A stretch of DNA of 62,157 bases from a virus. Under the pieces are notes generated by a model, which saw nothing but the letters and a program-made list of their open reading frames with translations, ran no database searches and had not been told where the DNA came from. Location of the stretch: IMG/VR virus record IMGVR_UViG_3300025294_000001. One strand, 5' to 3'. Position numbers and translations under genes: made by a program. Shown piece by piece: positions 35,801 through 44,891 of this stretch; position 1 is the stretch's first letter, and each line of letters opens with the position of its first letter.

Positions 35801-36550
35801 ATGAAAACTTACTTTGAAATCGTTGAAAACAAATCTTACCGTGAATTAACTGTCGCTGAAAAGCTAACAATTCAAGAACGCCAAACTGAACTAGTTGTAC
35901 GTTGGCAAGATGAATCAAACGAAAGTAAGAAAGAAGAGATTTTCGATGAACTTCATGCTTCAATCAAAGGCTTAATTAAAGGAATGGCTTACCGTCAAGC
36001 GGAAAAATCATTCTCAGTTGAACAAGAAGACTTTGAAGGAATCATGTTCCTAGTACTATCTGAAACTCTTAATGGTAATGGTGACGAGGAACAAATTGAC
36101 CTTTACGGACAACGCTTAATCACGTTTGACCGTTCAATGGACAAGCCCTTTCAACCAATCTTTATCACTAATATTAAGAACGTTTTAAAGATGATGTACC
36201 GTCAAAAAGGATATGACGTTCACGAGACTACATTGCATGAGGCGAACCGCTTAGATTCTCCTTCACCTGACGATGAAACTGTAACGATGGCTGACACGAT
36301 TGAAACTAGTCACAGCTTTACAGTGGATGTTGAACATACGGTGGTGACAGAAGAAATCCTTACAGACCTGTTCGGAAATGACATTAGAAAGAAAACAATA
36401 GTTCATATGTCTGTACAAGGATTTAAGCGTAATGAAATTGTTTCAGCCCTAATCAACAAGGGTCAATCTACTGACGCTGTAGCGAAACAAATTAACCGTA
36501 CTATGAGTCAGTTTAAGACACATTACCGTGAAGTGATGCGAGGCATGTAA
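35801..36550 (+). CDS. sigma-70-family-like transcription factor
   Basis: 249 aa. C-terminal region-4-like HTH (GFKRNEIVSALINKGQSTDAVAKQINRTMSQFK). Size and position resemble phage middle-gene sigma factors such as SPO1 gp28. Confidence 0.5.
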   Translation: MKTYFEIVENKSYRELTVAEKLTIQERQTELVVRWQDESNESKKEEIFDELHASIKGLIKGMAYRQAEKSFSVEQEDFEGIMFLVLSETLNGNGDEEQIDLYGQRLITFDRSMDKPFQPIFITNIKNVLKMMYRQKGYDVHETTLHEANRLDSPSPDDETVTMADTIETSHSFTVDVEHTVVTEEILTDLFGNDIRKKTIVHMSVQGFKRNEIVSALINKGQSTDAVAKQINRTMSQFKTHYREVMRGM

Positions 36551-36770
36551 CTGTGCCTCTTTGTCACTGACAGTGCCACGGTGTCACATTACGTAATTGA
36601 GTATAACACACCTTTACGGACACTTGTACAAACACCTGTTCTATTTTGGTTAATTTCACCAAAAAAAATTAAATAGACTTGGATAGTTCCTCCTTGACCA
36701 ATGGCATTACGTCGAAAAACTGTTTGCCTCAATTATTCAGCTTATAAAAGCTACTTAGGAGGAACTATAT

Positions 36771-37466
36771 ATGTCATTATTTACAGCAACAGGAGAAGAA
36801 GCAAAGGCTTCAGCAAGCAAGAAAAACGTGGATTTAAAAACGGCTTACATTCGTTTAAAAGAGAACGAGTCTGTGAGAGTACGAGTTTTAGGACTTACGG
36901 ATTACGTAGAGTATAAGGCACATGGAGACTTTAACTTAGGAATCTATACTCAACCTTGCTTAACGCCAATGTCAGGCGAACTTGACCCATTATGTGTAGC
37001 ATCTAAATCAGGTATTGAAGGCTTTGATAAATTAGTAGCTAAGAAACGCTACATCTTTGCTTTATACGATTTAGATATGAAAGCTATCCGTTTCTGGGAT
37101 TGTTCAAAAACTCAGGCAAGTAAGCTAATTGGTGATATTGAGGAATATCGTGAGAATATCATTTCTGAGGATAAAGATGATCTTATTGCATTCAACTTTA
37201 AGCGTACAGGAACTAAGACGGATACAGTTTATTCATTAAACCCTATCCTAAAACTTGACGCTAAAGGGAAAGAAGGCTTTGAGTCTGCGGAAGGCTTAAC
37301 AGTCGAAATGTCTCACTTTGAATCTGTACTTATTCCACGTACAGTAGAACAACAAATTGAGGCTTTAAAACAAGCTGGATTCCCTGTGGAAGACTTCTTT
37401 ACAGTAGGCGAAGGTTCTGAACCTGTTGACCTAAGCAAAGATGAAGACCCTGTTAACCAGTTCTAA
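36771..37466 (+). CDS. putative single-stranded DNA-binding protein
   Basis: 231 aa in the replication module with a strong SD (AGGAGG). Acidic C-terminal tip DLSKDEDPVNQF, typical of SSB tails. Confidence 0.4.
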   Translation: MSLFTATGEEAKASASKKNVDLKTAYIRLKENESVRVRVLGLTDYVEYKAHGDFNLGIYTQPCLTPMSGELDPLCVASKSGIEGFDKLVAKKRYIFALYDLDMKAIRFWDCSKTQASKLIGDIEEYRENIISEDKDDLIAFNFKRTGTKTDTVYSLNPILKLDAKGKEGFESAEGLTVEMSHFESVLIPRTVEQQIEALKQAGFPVEDFFTVGEGSEPVDLSKDEDPVNQF

Positions 37467-37487
37467 TTAATGGGGGCTTTTGCCCCT

Positions 37488-37545
37488 AACTTTAATATTA
37501 ACTTTAAATTTGCCATTAACTTTAATATTAGTACTAACTTTAATC
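37488..37545. repeat. palindromic-hexamer repeat block C
   Basis: AACTTTAATATTAACTTTAAATTTGCCATTAACTTTAATATTAGTACTAACTTTAATC. Confidence 0.7.
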
Positions 37546-37572
37546 TTATAAAATCAATCGGAGGTAATGTAT

Positions 37573-37884
37573 ATGTTAGGTGGAAATATGTTTGGAATGG
37601 GAATGAAGTCAGCCCGCGTTGCTGACCAAATAGATGCTGAGGTAATTGGGGGAAAAACACTTTTAGCCAACACTAAAATGACAGCCCAACAATTAGATTT
37701 CATTGAAACTCAGTTACAACAATTTGCACAGATGTTAGGTCAACAAGACCCTATGGCGTCAATGCAATTCCAAAACTTAGTACAACAAATCAATAACATT
37801 CAAGGTCAAATTGTGAACGGTATTTCACAGGCTGAGAGTTCATTTGTTAAAATCGACGCTTTGACTGACAAAATCCAAAACTAG
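37573..37884 (+). CDS. hypothetical Q-rich protein
   Basis: In frame with track ORF 37567. ATG 37573 has better spacing to the SD GGAGG. Confidence 0.5.
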   Translation: MLGGNMFGMGMKSARVADQIDAEVIGGKTLLANTKMTAQQLDFIETQLQQFAQMLGQQDPMASMQFQNLVQQINNIQGQIVNGISQAESSFVKIDALTDKIQN

Positions 37885-37997
37885 AAAGGTTGATGTTCAA
37901 TGTTTCGAAAAGATGAAAGACGTCCTTCACCAATCATTGTAATTGACACTGGCGGTTGGGACTAAAAATTAAAGGGACTTAAAACGTCCCTTATTAT

Positions 37998-38072
37998 GGG
38001 GTAGTAGTTTAATTGGTAGCAACGGAGGGCAAATTACCCTAGCGGTGTGAGGTTCGAGTCCCACCTACCCCC
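37998..38072 (+). tRNA. tRNA-like element with a non-canonical anticodon loop (possible pseudo-tRNA)
   Basis: Good acceptor stem (GGGGTAG/CTACCCC) and TTCGAGT T-loop. The T stem has a bulged A, and the 7-nt anticodon loop CAAATTA lacks U33 and a purine at 37. Confidence 0.45.
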
Positions 38073-38124
38073 AACAAACCTAAATGAGTTGGGAAGTGTT
38101 TTAGGTTTCACTTCCTGACATCAT

Positions 38125-38205
38125 GGGGGAATAGCTTAACGGAAAAGCATTGCGTGTACAGTTAAATAATAGCAAAGACTAGGGGTTCGAATCCCCTTTC
38201 CCTCG
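38125..38205 (+). tRNA. tRNA-like element with a 16-18-nt anticodon loop
   Basis: Canonical acceptor (GGGGGAA/TTCCCTC), D arm (GCTT/AAGC) and T arm (AGGGG-TTCGAAT-CCCCT). The anticodon stem TTGC/GCAA encloses GTGTACAGTTAAATAATA. Confidence 0.45.
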
Positions 38206-38206
38206 T

Positions 38207-38238
38207 GGGCATACCTTCAAACGGTATGTCCTTTTTTT
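38207..38238 (+). terminator. rho-independent terminator
   Basis: 9-bp stem GGGCATACC/GGTATGTCC followed by T7. Confidence 0.7.
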
Positions 38239-38263
38239 GTGTCCTAATGCAAGTAACTAAGTG
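38227..38263 (+). promoter_or_regulatory. phage-specific promoter, class M, copy 7
   Basis: TGTCCTTTTT-N11-TGCAAGTAACTAAGTG, 21-nt offset. The -35-like box overlaps the terminator 3' arm. Confidence 0.55.
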
Positions 38264-38275
38264 AGGTGATTATAG

Positions 38276-40438
38276 ATGGAACTTAATTTTAATCCCACAC
38301 TAGACGAGAACGGTGAGGACATAAAGAAGCAAGCAAGAATTAAAGAGGCTGAGAGAAAGAAAGCCCTTAAATTATATCAACCTACTGATGAAGAGGTTTG
38401 GTTTAAAGGATATGAAACTCATACAGGAAAGCGTAAAGCTGGCATCTTTCAAACTAAGATCAACAGTGAAGCTGACAAGCAAAAACTAATGATGGTATAT
38501 GATGCAATACAGCAAGGCGAACTTTCAAAAGGCGTCGAGGATATGAAGAAGTTTTCTAAGACCCACGCAAAGAATCTATATCAAGTATTGTTACAGAAAC
38601 GTCGTACTTTGATTCTAGAAAACATGGTTCGGAAAACACCTGATAATTATATTCTAGCAATGGACGTAATGACTATTGGACATATGTTTGAAGTCCTGAA
38701 AGATGAACCTATTGTCTCAGTGGATACAGAGACGACGGGCTTAAATATGTATGGTCGTGACAAGATTGTAGGTGTATCATTTACAGCCCCTAAGAAGGAC
38801 TTACACTGGTACATTCCTTTAAGACACGACGAGGGCAACGCCCCTTTTGAAAAGGCTAAATATTATATTCAACGTGCTTTGCATTTAGCAAACGCTAAAG
38901 TATTCCATAATGCCACATTCGACTTACACCAGTTTATGAGTGAGGGAATGACTGTAAATGGAATGATTCATGATACTCAGGAACTTATGAAAGTATTGAA
39001 TGAGAATGAACCATCTTACAAATTAAAAGACTTAGTACCTAAGTACTTACAGATAGAATCAGATACTTTTGATGCGTTGTTTGGTAAAACACCTTTCAAT
39101 GAAGTGGAACTAAAATACGCTAGAGTTTATGGCTGTAAAGATACTCATGTGACATGGCTGCTATTCGATTTCTTGATGAATCATATTAAGAAACAGGAGG
39201 GCTTGTACAAGTATTACATGGAAGTTGAACAGCCGTTAATCAAGGTTGTATTCGAAATGGAACGAGAAGGTTTCTATATTGATATGGAAGAGGTAGAACG
39301 TCAAAAGACAATTCTACGTCCTGCATTAGAAGAAACTAGAAAACAGCTTGTAAAGGTGCTAGGGGATATTAACTTTAATTCCCCTGCACAGCTTTTACCA
39401 GCACTTCAAAGAACAGTAGATAAGAAGTTACAGGGAACAGGAAAGAAGGAAATTAAGCCTCACAAGTTTCACCCTGTAATTCAGCTACTACAAAAATATA
39501 AAGACGACTATAAACAGTTAACTGGTTTCGTAGAATCTATTGATTCCTTTATACAGCCTGATGGAAAGTTACACGGTAGCTTTAAACAGAACGGTGCGAA
39601 AACTGGTCGATTCAGTTCTAGCGAACCTAACTTACAGCAACAGCCGTATGAGGCACGTAAGATGTTTAGAGTTCATGAGGATTATGTCATTTTAGGACTG
39701 GATTTCTCAGCCCAAGAACCACGTATGTTAACGCACTATACACAAGAACCTATCTTAATAGAAAACTATCGTAACGGACGTGATCTTTACGCAACGCTGG
39801 GTAGTGAGTTCTATGGTAAGCCTTATGAAGAATGTTATAAGAATGAGGACGGTTCTGATACTAAAATTCGTAAAGAGTTTAAAGTAGTAGTTCTTGCCAT
39901 CATGTACGGAATGGGTGCGAAGTCGCTTGGTGACTCATTAGGTATCACTAGATACCAAGCCCAAAACATGATTAATACCTTCTATGATAAGTTCCCTAAG
40001 GTAGCACAGTTCGTTAAGAACAATACAGAAGAGGCGTGTAGACAGGGTTATGTAGAAATGAAAATTGGTGACTTAGTAAGGAAGCGTCGCTTACCTTTCT
40101 TTAGAGGACAAAACCCTCTCAAAGCCTATGACACTTATTCTACTAATGCAAAAATCCAAGGAACGTCAGCTATTCAAACTAAGAAATGTATGATTGAAGG
40201 CGACAAACTTTGTAAGCAACTTTCAACCCCTGGTCGAACTTTTGGACTATTAGCGTGTGTACATGATGAATTACTATTCCGAGTACCTAAAGACGTTACA
40301 AGGGAAGAGGTTGCATTATTTGAGGCAATCATGACGGACACAGTAAAACTAAACAATATTCCTAGTGGTACTGACGGTGAATTAGGTAACTGTTGGGGTA
40401 AATTAACTGGAATTAAACAATGGTACGGCAATAAATAA
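38276..40438 (+). CDS. family A DNA polymerase (Pol I-like) with 3'-5' exonuclease domain
   Basis: Exo I SVDTETTGL, Exo II NATFDLH. Polymerase motif A DFSAQEPR, motif B KVVVLAIMYGMG, motif C VHDELLF. Confidence 0.9.
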   Translation: MELNFNPTLDENGEDIKKQARIKEAERKKALKLYQPTDEEVWFKGYETHTGKRKAGIFQTKINSEADKQKLMMVYDAIQQGELSKGVEDMKKFSKTHAKNLYQVLLQKRRTLILENMVRKTPDNYILAMDVMTIGHMFEVLKDEPIVSVDTETTGLNMYGRDKIVGVSFTAPKKDLHWYIPLRHDEGNAPFEKAKYYIQRALHLANAKVFHNATFDLHQFMSEGMTVNGMIHDTQELMKVLNENEPSYKLKDLVPKYLQIESDTFDALFGKTPFNEVELKYARVYGCKDTHVTWLLFDFLMNHIKKQEGLYKYYMEVEQPLIKVVFEMEREGFYIDMEEVERQKTILRPALEETRKQLVKVLGDINFNSPAQLLPALQRTVDKKLQGTGKKEIKPHKFHPVIQLLQKYKDDYKQLTGFVESIDSFIQPDGKLHGSFKQNGAKTGRFSSSEPNLQQQPYEARKMFRVHEDYVILGLDFSAQEPRMLTHYTQEPILIENYRNGRDLYATLGSEFYGKPYEECYKNEDGSDTKIRKEFKVVVLAIMYGMGAKSLGDSLGITRYQAQNMINTFYDKFPKVAQFVKNNTEEACRQGYVEMKIGDLVRKRRLPFFRGQNPLKAYDTYSTNAKIQGTSAIQTKKCMIEGDKLCKQLSTPGRTFGLLACVHDELLFRVPKDVTREEVALFEAIMTDTVKLNNIPSGTDGELGNCWGKLTGIKQWYGNK

Positions 40439-40492
40439 GGCACTCTTAACTGAGTGTCTTTTTCTTATATATATAGGAGAGGACGAGAGAAA

Positions 40493-41392
40493 ATGAGTTT
40501 ACTATCAAAACCAACTGATTTAACTGAGAAAGTACGAGAAAAGAAAAAGAATATGGCACGAGGCGACGAACTTGTAAATGCCTTTACCAAACATATTAAT
40601 GATGTAAATAAGACAAGCTATTTTAATATTGTAGAAGTTGAGGAATTAGTGTTAAAGGAACAGGAACATGCAATTAAGATCATGAAAACGCCAAAGTCAT
40701 ATCCTAAGCATTTACCACGCTTTTCTCCTTCAAGTTCGGACAAGTGTGAAAGAGAACTATTCTTCAAGGATAAGAAAATGGAACGTGATGAACAGACTAC
40801 ACACCCCTTTCAGAATCGTTGGACTCGTAATAGTACAGCCGTTCACGGTGCTATGCAAAAACAGTTATTAGAGGCTGAAATTGTACTAGATACGCCTGAG
40901 TTTAAAGTTATGAGATTACCAAACGGATTACCTGCATGGGAGAAATCAATTGAGAACTGGAAAGTCATAGAACACAATGGACAGCAATTTGTACTGTTTG
41001 GTATGTGTGATGGAATCTTGGAATATAAAGACGGTTCTAAAATTGGTTTTGAGTATAAAACAAAGTCCAATAGTGTAGCCCAAATTAAACAAATTAAAGA
41101 ACCAGCACCAAGCCACCGTCAACAAATTGTGGCTTATTCGATTTTGTTTGGCGTGGATGAATGGCTAGTAACTTATGAATCTGTAGCTAAGGATAAATGG
41201 GGTACTCATGAGAATGCACGACCTGACTTTAAGGTGTTCTATCACAAGGTAACTGAAAGAGAACGTCAATTACTTTTAGATAAGTGGTCACGAGTTGCTG
41301 AGAATGTTGAGACAGGTGAAATCCCACGTCCTAACCCTTCAAAGTGTATGTTCTGTCCATTCAAAACGGTTTGTGGAAAGGTTGGTATCTAA
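40493..41392 (+). CDS. PD-(D/E)xK exonuclease with Cas4/AddB-type Cys cluster
   Basis: N-terminal Cys (DKCERE) plus C-terminal CMFCPFKTVC. Core MCDGILEY...FEYKTK (D...E-x-K). ATG 40493 follows the SD AGGAGAGGA. Confidence 0.65.
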   Translation: MSLLSKPTDLTEKVREKKKNMARGDELVNAFTKHINDVNKTSYFNIVEVEELVLKEQEHAIKIMKTPKSYPKHLPRFSPSSSDKCERELFFKDKKMERDEQTTHPFQNRWTRNSTAVHGAMQKQLLEAEIVLDTPEFKVMRLPNGLPAWEKSIENWKVIEHNGQQFVLFGMCDGILEYKDGSKIGFEYKTKSNSVAQIKQIKEPAPSHRQQIVAYSILFGVDEWLVTYESVAKDKWGTHENARPDFKVFYHKVTERERQLLLDKWSRVAENVETGEIPRPNPSKCMFCPFKTVCGKVGI

Positions 41393-41877
41393 TGAAAAAA
41401 TTAGTACTAGCCTGTGACCTGTCTTTAACTTGTCCAGCATTTGCTGTAATGGAATTTGATTTAAGAAAGAAAACGGTTGACCTATTAGAAGTGACTCATA
41501 TAAAGACGAACTCAAAGAAACCCTTAGGACATCGACTTGACCAAATCGCTGAACATTTACAAGGACATTTAGACAAGTACCCATTTGACGATATTGTTCT
41601 AGAAAAAGGGTTTAATAGATTCGCTGTAGCTACTCAACAATTACAACGTGTGGTCGGTATTACAGTCATTACCTTATATCGTAAAGGACATGAGGGATAC
41701 AGCGAATTAAGTCCAACTACTGTGAAGAAAGCTGTTACAGGTAGTGGAAAAGCAACTAAGGAAGAACTAGCAAAATCATTATATAGCTTTGTTAAATATG
41801 ACGACTATAAAACTAATGATGAATCGGACGCTGTAGGCGTAGGCATTGCATTAGGGAAACAAAAAGGATGGATTTAA
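41392..41877 (+). CDS. RuvC-like Holliday junction resolvase
   Basis: LACDLS (Asp), VLEKGF (Glu), ESDAVGVGIA (Asp) in RuvC order. TAATG coupling at 41392. Confidence 0.6.
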   Translation: MKKLVLACDLSLTCPAFAVMEFDLRKKTVDLLEVTHIKTNSKKPLGHRLDQIAEHLQGHLDKYPFDDIVLEKGFNRFAVATQQLQRVVGITVITLYRKGHEGYSELSPTTVKKAVTGSGKATKEELAKSLYSFVKYDDYKTNDESDAVGVGIALGKQKGWI

Positions 41878-41933
41878 TTTAATACCTCGTGTATAATAGT
41901 GACATAAACTACATGTGAGGCAAGGTGAGGCAA

Positions 41934-42074
41934 ATGGATGAAAAGAAAACATTGTCTGATACTAAGAAAAACCGTATTAAAGGATTCTTAAAACTAGGGT
42001 TTCTACCTAAGGAAATTGCCAAGCTGGAAAAAGTCACCATACGTCAAGTGTACAGTATAAAAGAAGAAATGTAG
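41934..42074 (+). CDS. small HTH-like protein (46 aa, below the ORF-track cutoff)
   Basis: ATG 41934 after GGTGAGGCAA, with a terminator directly downstream. LPKEIAKLEKVTIRQVYSI looks like an HTH. Confidence 0.4.
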   Translation: MDEKKTLSDTKKNRIKGFLKLGFLPKEIAKLEKVTIRQVYSIKEEM

Positions 42075-42105
42075 AGATTGGTTTTTATAACCAGTCTCTT
42101 TTTTT
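42074..42105 (+). terminator. rho-independent terminator
   Basis: Stem GAGATTGGTT/AACCAGTCTC (one G-U pair) followed by T7. Confidence 0.7.
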
Positions 42106-42141
42106 GTCCTAAAAGTCGTCTGAAATGCAAGTAACTAAGTG
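42105..42141 (+). promoter_or_regulatory. phage-specific promoter, class M, copy 8
   Basis: TGTCCTAAAA-N11-TGCAAGTAACTAAGTG, 21-nt offset. Confidence 0.6.
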
Positions 42142-42199
42142 TAAGGCAATGACACACCGCCTTAATAAACTTAAAACAAATTTAAGGAGTGTACTTATT

Positions 42200-42565
42200 A
42201 TGACAAACGAAAAAGTGTTATTACCAAAAGATGTAGTAGAGGGAATCAACCATTTACGAAACACGTTAGGAAAATCAAATTCTTATATCTTAAATAAAAC
42301 AGAGAATCACTTTGTTAAAGAATTCGCAAATGAAAGTGAAGCTAACAAGGACTTATTAATGAAAGCGTTAGTGCTGGGATATGACATCGAACCTGAACCA
42401 ATCATTCTAAAAAATGAAATCAGTGAAGAAAACGCTAAAAAATTAGTTGAACGTTTTAAAAGCTGGGGTAAGCCTGAATTATTTAATTATGAAGACGGAA
42501 AGCGTGACGGTGTATTATTCGCTTTACTTGAATTAGGCATTGAGATTAAAGGAATCAATAAGTAA
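42200..42565 (+). CDS. hypothetical protein
   Basis: ATG 42200, in frame with track ORF 42125, after the SD AAGGAG. The upstream part of the track ORF covers the promoter. Confidence 0.55.
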   Translation: MTNEKVLLPKDVVEGINHLRNTLGKSNSYILNKTENHFVKEFANESEANKDLLMKALVLGYDIEPEPIILKNEISEENAKKLVERFKSWGKPELFNYEDGKRDGVLFALLELGIEIKGINK

Positions 42566-43122
42566 TGCTGACGGTTATCGCTGGCGGTATGTTTGCTGAG
42601 AAAACAACGGAATTACAGAGACGTGGACGACGCCTTGAAAGGGCTGGAAAGAAAGTGGTTTATTTTAAACCAGCAATGGACACACGATATTCAGAGAATG
42701 AAATTGTGACTCATGATGGTGCAAAGGTATCAGCGGTCAATATTCCACACGAAAAGCCTATCAAAATATTAACGCACGAGTACTTAATTCCTGATGTTTA
42801 TTTGATTGATGAAATTCAATTCTTTGATGTGAAAATAATCGGAGTTATTGAAGTTTTATTACAGGAAGGAAAGACAGTAATTGTTGCCGGACTTGATCTT
42901 GATTTTGAGGCAATACCTTTCACAGTTACATCCCACCTAATGGCAATGGCTGAGAATGTTGTGAAACTACATGCTGTCTGTTCTGAATGTGGCGACGATG
43001 CTTGGGTTTCTCATAAAGAAGAGGGCGGTCAACGTATCCAATTAGGAACGGACGAATACACGCCAATGTGTAGAAAATGCTTTAACAATATAAAGAAAAA
43101 GGGGACGGTTAATAATGGTTAA
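42565..43122 (+). CDS. tdk: thymidine kinase
   Basis: P-loop variant GGMFAEKT, IDEIQFF, VAGLDLDF, and a C-terminal zinc ribbon CSECG...CRKC. Confidence 0.85.
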   Translation: MLTVIAGGMFAEKTTELQRRGRRLERAGKKVVYFKPAMDTRYSENEIVTHDGAKVSAVNIPHEKPIKILTHEYLIPDVYLIDEIQFFDVKIIGVIEVLLQEGKTVIVAGLDLDFEAIPFTVTSHLMAMAENVVKLHAVCSECGDDAWVSHKEEGGQRIQLGTDEYTPMCRKCFNNIKKKGTVNNG

Positions 43123-43543
43123 ATTTGAAGAATTAGAATTAGGACAATTAGTTGAACATGATATGGGGTTCATCGGTGAAGTTACTGAGTTACAGGAAAA
43201 CGAAACTCTAAAAATAGAGGTTACTAATTCAGGAACAAGTAATTACGAGGTTGGTTATGTATATTACGCTGACATTAATTATATTAAACGTATTGTTGCA
43301 CCAGCACCAAACAAACAAAAATTAACTGTTGAGGTTGATGTAACAGGTTTGGAGAAGGTTGCTGAAATTGGTCAACAAGTAGTATTGCTTGCTGAGGATA
43401 TGGCTGACCTACGTAAAGAAGAATCAGTGTTCAAAGCTGAATTAGGTAATGGTATTACTTTTGAGGGTACAAAATCTGACTTTAAAGTGTTCATGGAAGG
43501 CGTTACAGAAATGTTTGCTGTCGCTAAAAACATGGAACTGTAA
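43115..43543 (+). CDS. hypothetical protein
   Basis: 142-aa ORF overlapping the tdk stop. Confidence 0.55.
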   Translation: MVKFEELELGQLVEHDMGFIGEVTELQENETLKIEVTNSGTSNYEVGYVYYADINYIKRIVAPAPNKQKLTVEVDVTGLEKVAEIGQQVVLLAEDMADLRKEESVFKAELGNGITFEGTKSDFKVFMEGVTEMFAVAKNMEL

Positions 43544-43555
43544 TAGGAGGGCATT

Positions 43556-44464
43556 ATGAAAGTGATTACTGTTGCTGGAATGATTAGTGCTGGAAAAAGT
43601 ACTCTTACTGAATTAATCAGTAATGAGTACAATTCACTAGCTAAGTATGAGGAAATCCCTGAAATCTTATCTAAATGGTATGGTGACGCAAGGGTTGTTA
43701 CAGATGGTGAACGTATTCCATTCTTAACTCAATTAACTTTCTTAACTCAACGTATGAATAGCATTCGTGAGTGTAGAACTTCTAAAGAATCAGGCTTTGC
43801 CGTACTGGATAGAAGTATCTATGAAGATAGATTGTTCGGAAAGTTAGCACATGAGGACGGGGGTATTTCAGATTCAGAGTGGGAAGTATATGAAACTCTA
43901 ATCAGTACAATGTGGAAAGAACTTGAACTTATTCCACAAATCCACCCTGACTTAACTGTTTATATTCGTATCTCTTTTGAGACGTTCTATAAGCGAATTA
44001 TGAAACGTGGACGTTCTATTGAAGTAGCAAACTATGACAAGAATAAAGAGTACTTCTATAAGTTATGGTCACGCTACGACGACTATATGTTCAATGAATA
44101 TCAGAAGTTCGCACAGTGTCGTGTATTAGTTATCGACGGTGATAAATACGACTTTGTAGAAAATGAAGCTGATAGAAAAGTAGTCTTACAAATGGTTCAT
44201 GACGCTTTAGTTGACGAGGGTGTAATTAAAGATCATAAAGAACAACAACCCTTTCCACAATTCATTGAAGGTAAGAAAGTGAAAATCTTCCCTGAGTGGT
44301 ATACAAAGCAAGGATACACAGAGGGTATTGTAAGAGGCTGTTATTCTGACGGTTGCGGTTCAATGTTTACTATTGATGTAGAAGTTGAGGGACGTGAAAA
44401 CAAACTACGACTTTATGAGGGACAATACGAAATTATGGAGGATGTAACTAATGAGATTCTATGA
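43556..44464 (+). CDS. deoxynucleoside kinase with a C-terminal extension
   Basis: P-loop AGMISAGKST and a DRSIYED motif, typical of the dNK family. About 80 extra C-terminal residues. Confidence 0.7.
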   Translation: MKVITVAGMISAGKSTLTELISNEYNSLAKYEEIPEILSKWYGDARVVTDGERIPFLTQLTFLTQRMNSIRECRTSKESGFAVLDRSIYEDRLFGKLAHEDGGISDSEWEVYETLISTMWKELELIPQIHPDLTVYIRISFETFYKRIMKRGRSIEVANYDKNKEYFYKLWSRYDDYMFNEYQKFAQCRVLVIDGDKYDFVENEADRKVVLQMVHDALVDEGVIKDHKEQQPFPQFIEGKKVKIFPEWYTKQGYTEGIVRGCYSDGCGSMFTIDVEVEGRENKLRLYEGQYEIMEDVTNEIL

Positions 44465-44801
44465 TAATCAAGTTCTATTTGATAAAGGATATGAAACGCT
44501 TGCTACTAAATTTGAGGCTGTAATGGACAAAGCACCTGAATTAGAAAGTGAACTTACTGACCTAGTAATTTTCGTTACAGATGAACTTGACACTGGTGAT
44601 GTACGTGCTGAGGATAATTACGAACGTGGTCGTGAAGATGGTCGAGACGAGGGTTACCAAGAAGGTTATGACGATGCTGAATTTGAGTACTCAGATAAGT
44701 ACGATGAAGGCTTTGAAGACGGACGTTCTGAGGGTTACGAAGAAGGCTATCAAGAAGGATACGAGTCAGGTCGTGAAGAAGGCGAAAGCATTTTACACTA
44801 G
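44451..44801 (+). CDS. highly acidic repeat protein (EGY repeats)
   Basis: RGREDGRDEGYQEGYDD...EGFEDGRSEGYEEGYQEGYESGREEGE. D/E-rich throughout. Confidence 0.55.
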   Translation: MRFYDNQVLFDKGYETLATKFEAVMDKAPELESELTDLVIFVTDELDTGDVRAEDNYERGREDGRDEGYQEGYDDAEFEYSDKYDEGFEDGRSEGYEEGYQEGYESGREEGESILH

Positions 44802-44829
44802 TACTGGTACTAATATTAATACTAACTTT
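44797..44829. repeat. palindromic-hexamer repeat block D
   Basis: ACTAGTACTGGTACTAATATTAATACTAACTTT, overlapping the stop of ORF 44451. Confidence 0.7.
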
Positions 44830-44891
44830 GGGGGCGTGAAGTTAACCACGCCTTAATAAAAAATAAGGTAAAACACAGGAGGAAATAACAG

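Noticed and set aside
36701-36916. ORF 36701..36916 overlapping the start of the SSB-like gene
   Set aside because: It is out of frame with a downstream gene that has a perfect AGGAGG SD, has no SD of its own, and gives a basic low-complexity translation.
44581-44856. Alternative-frame ORF 44581..44856
   Set aside because: It overlaps the acidic repeat gene out of frame and runs into the hexamer repeat block. It has no SD, and the repeat gene has translational coupling and a consistent periodic pattern.
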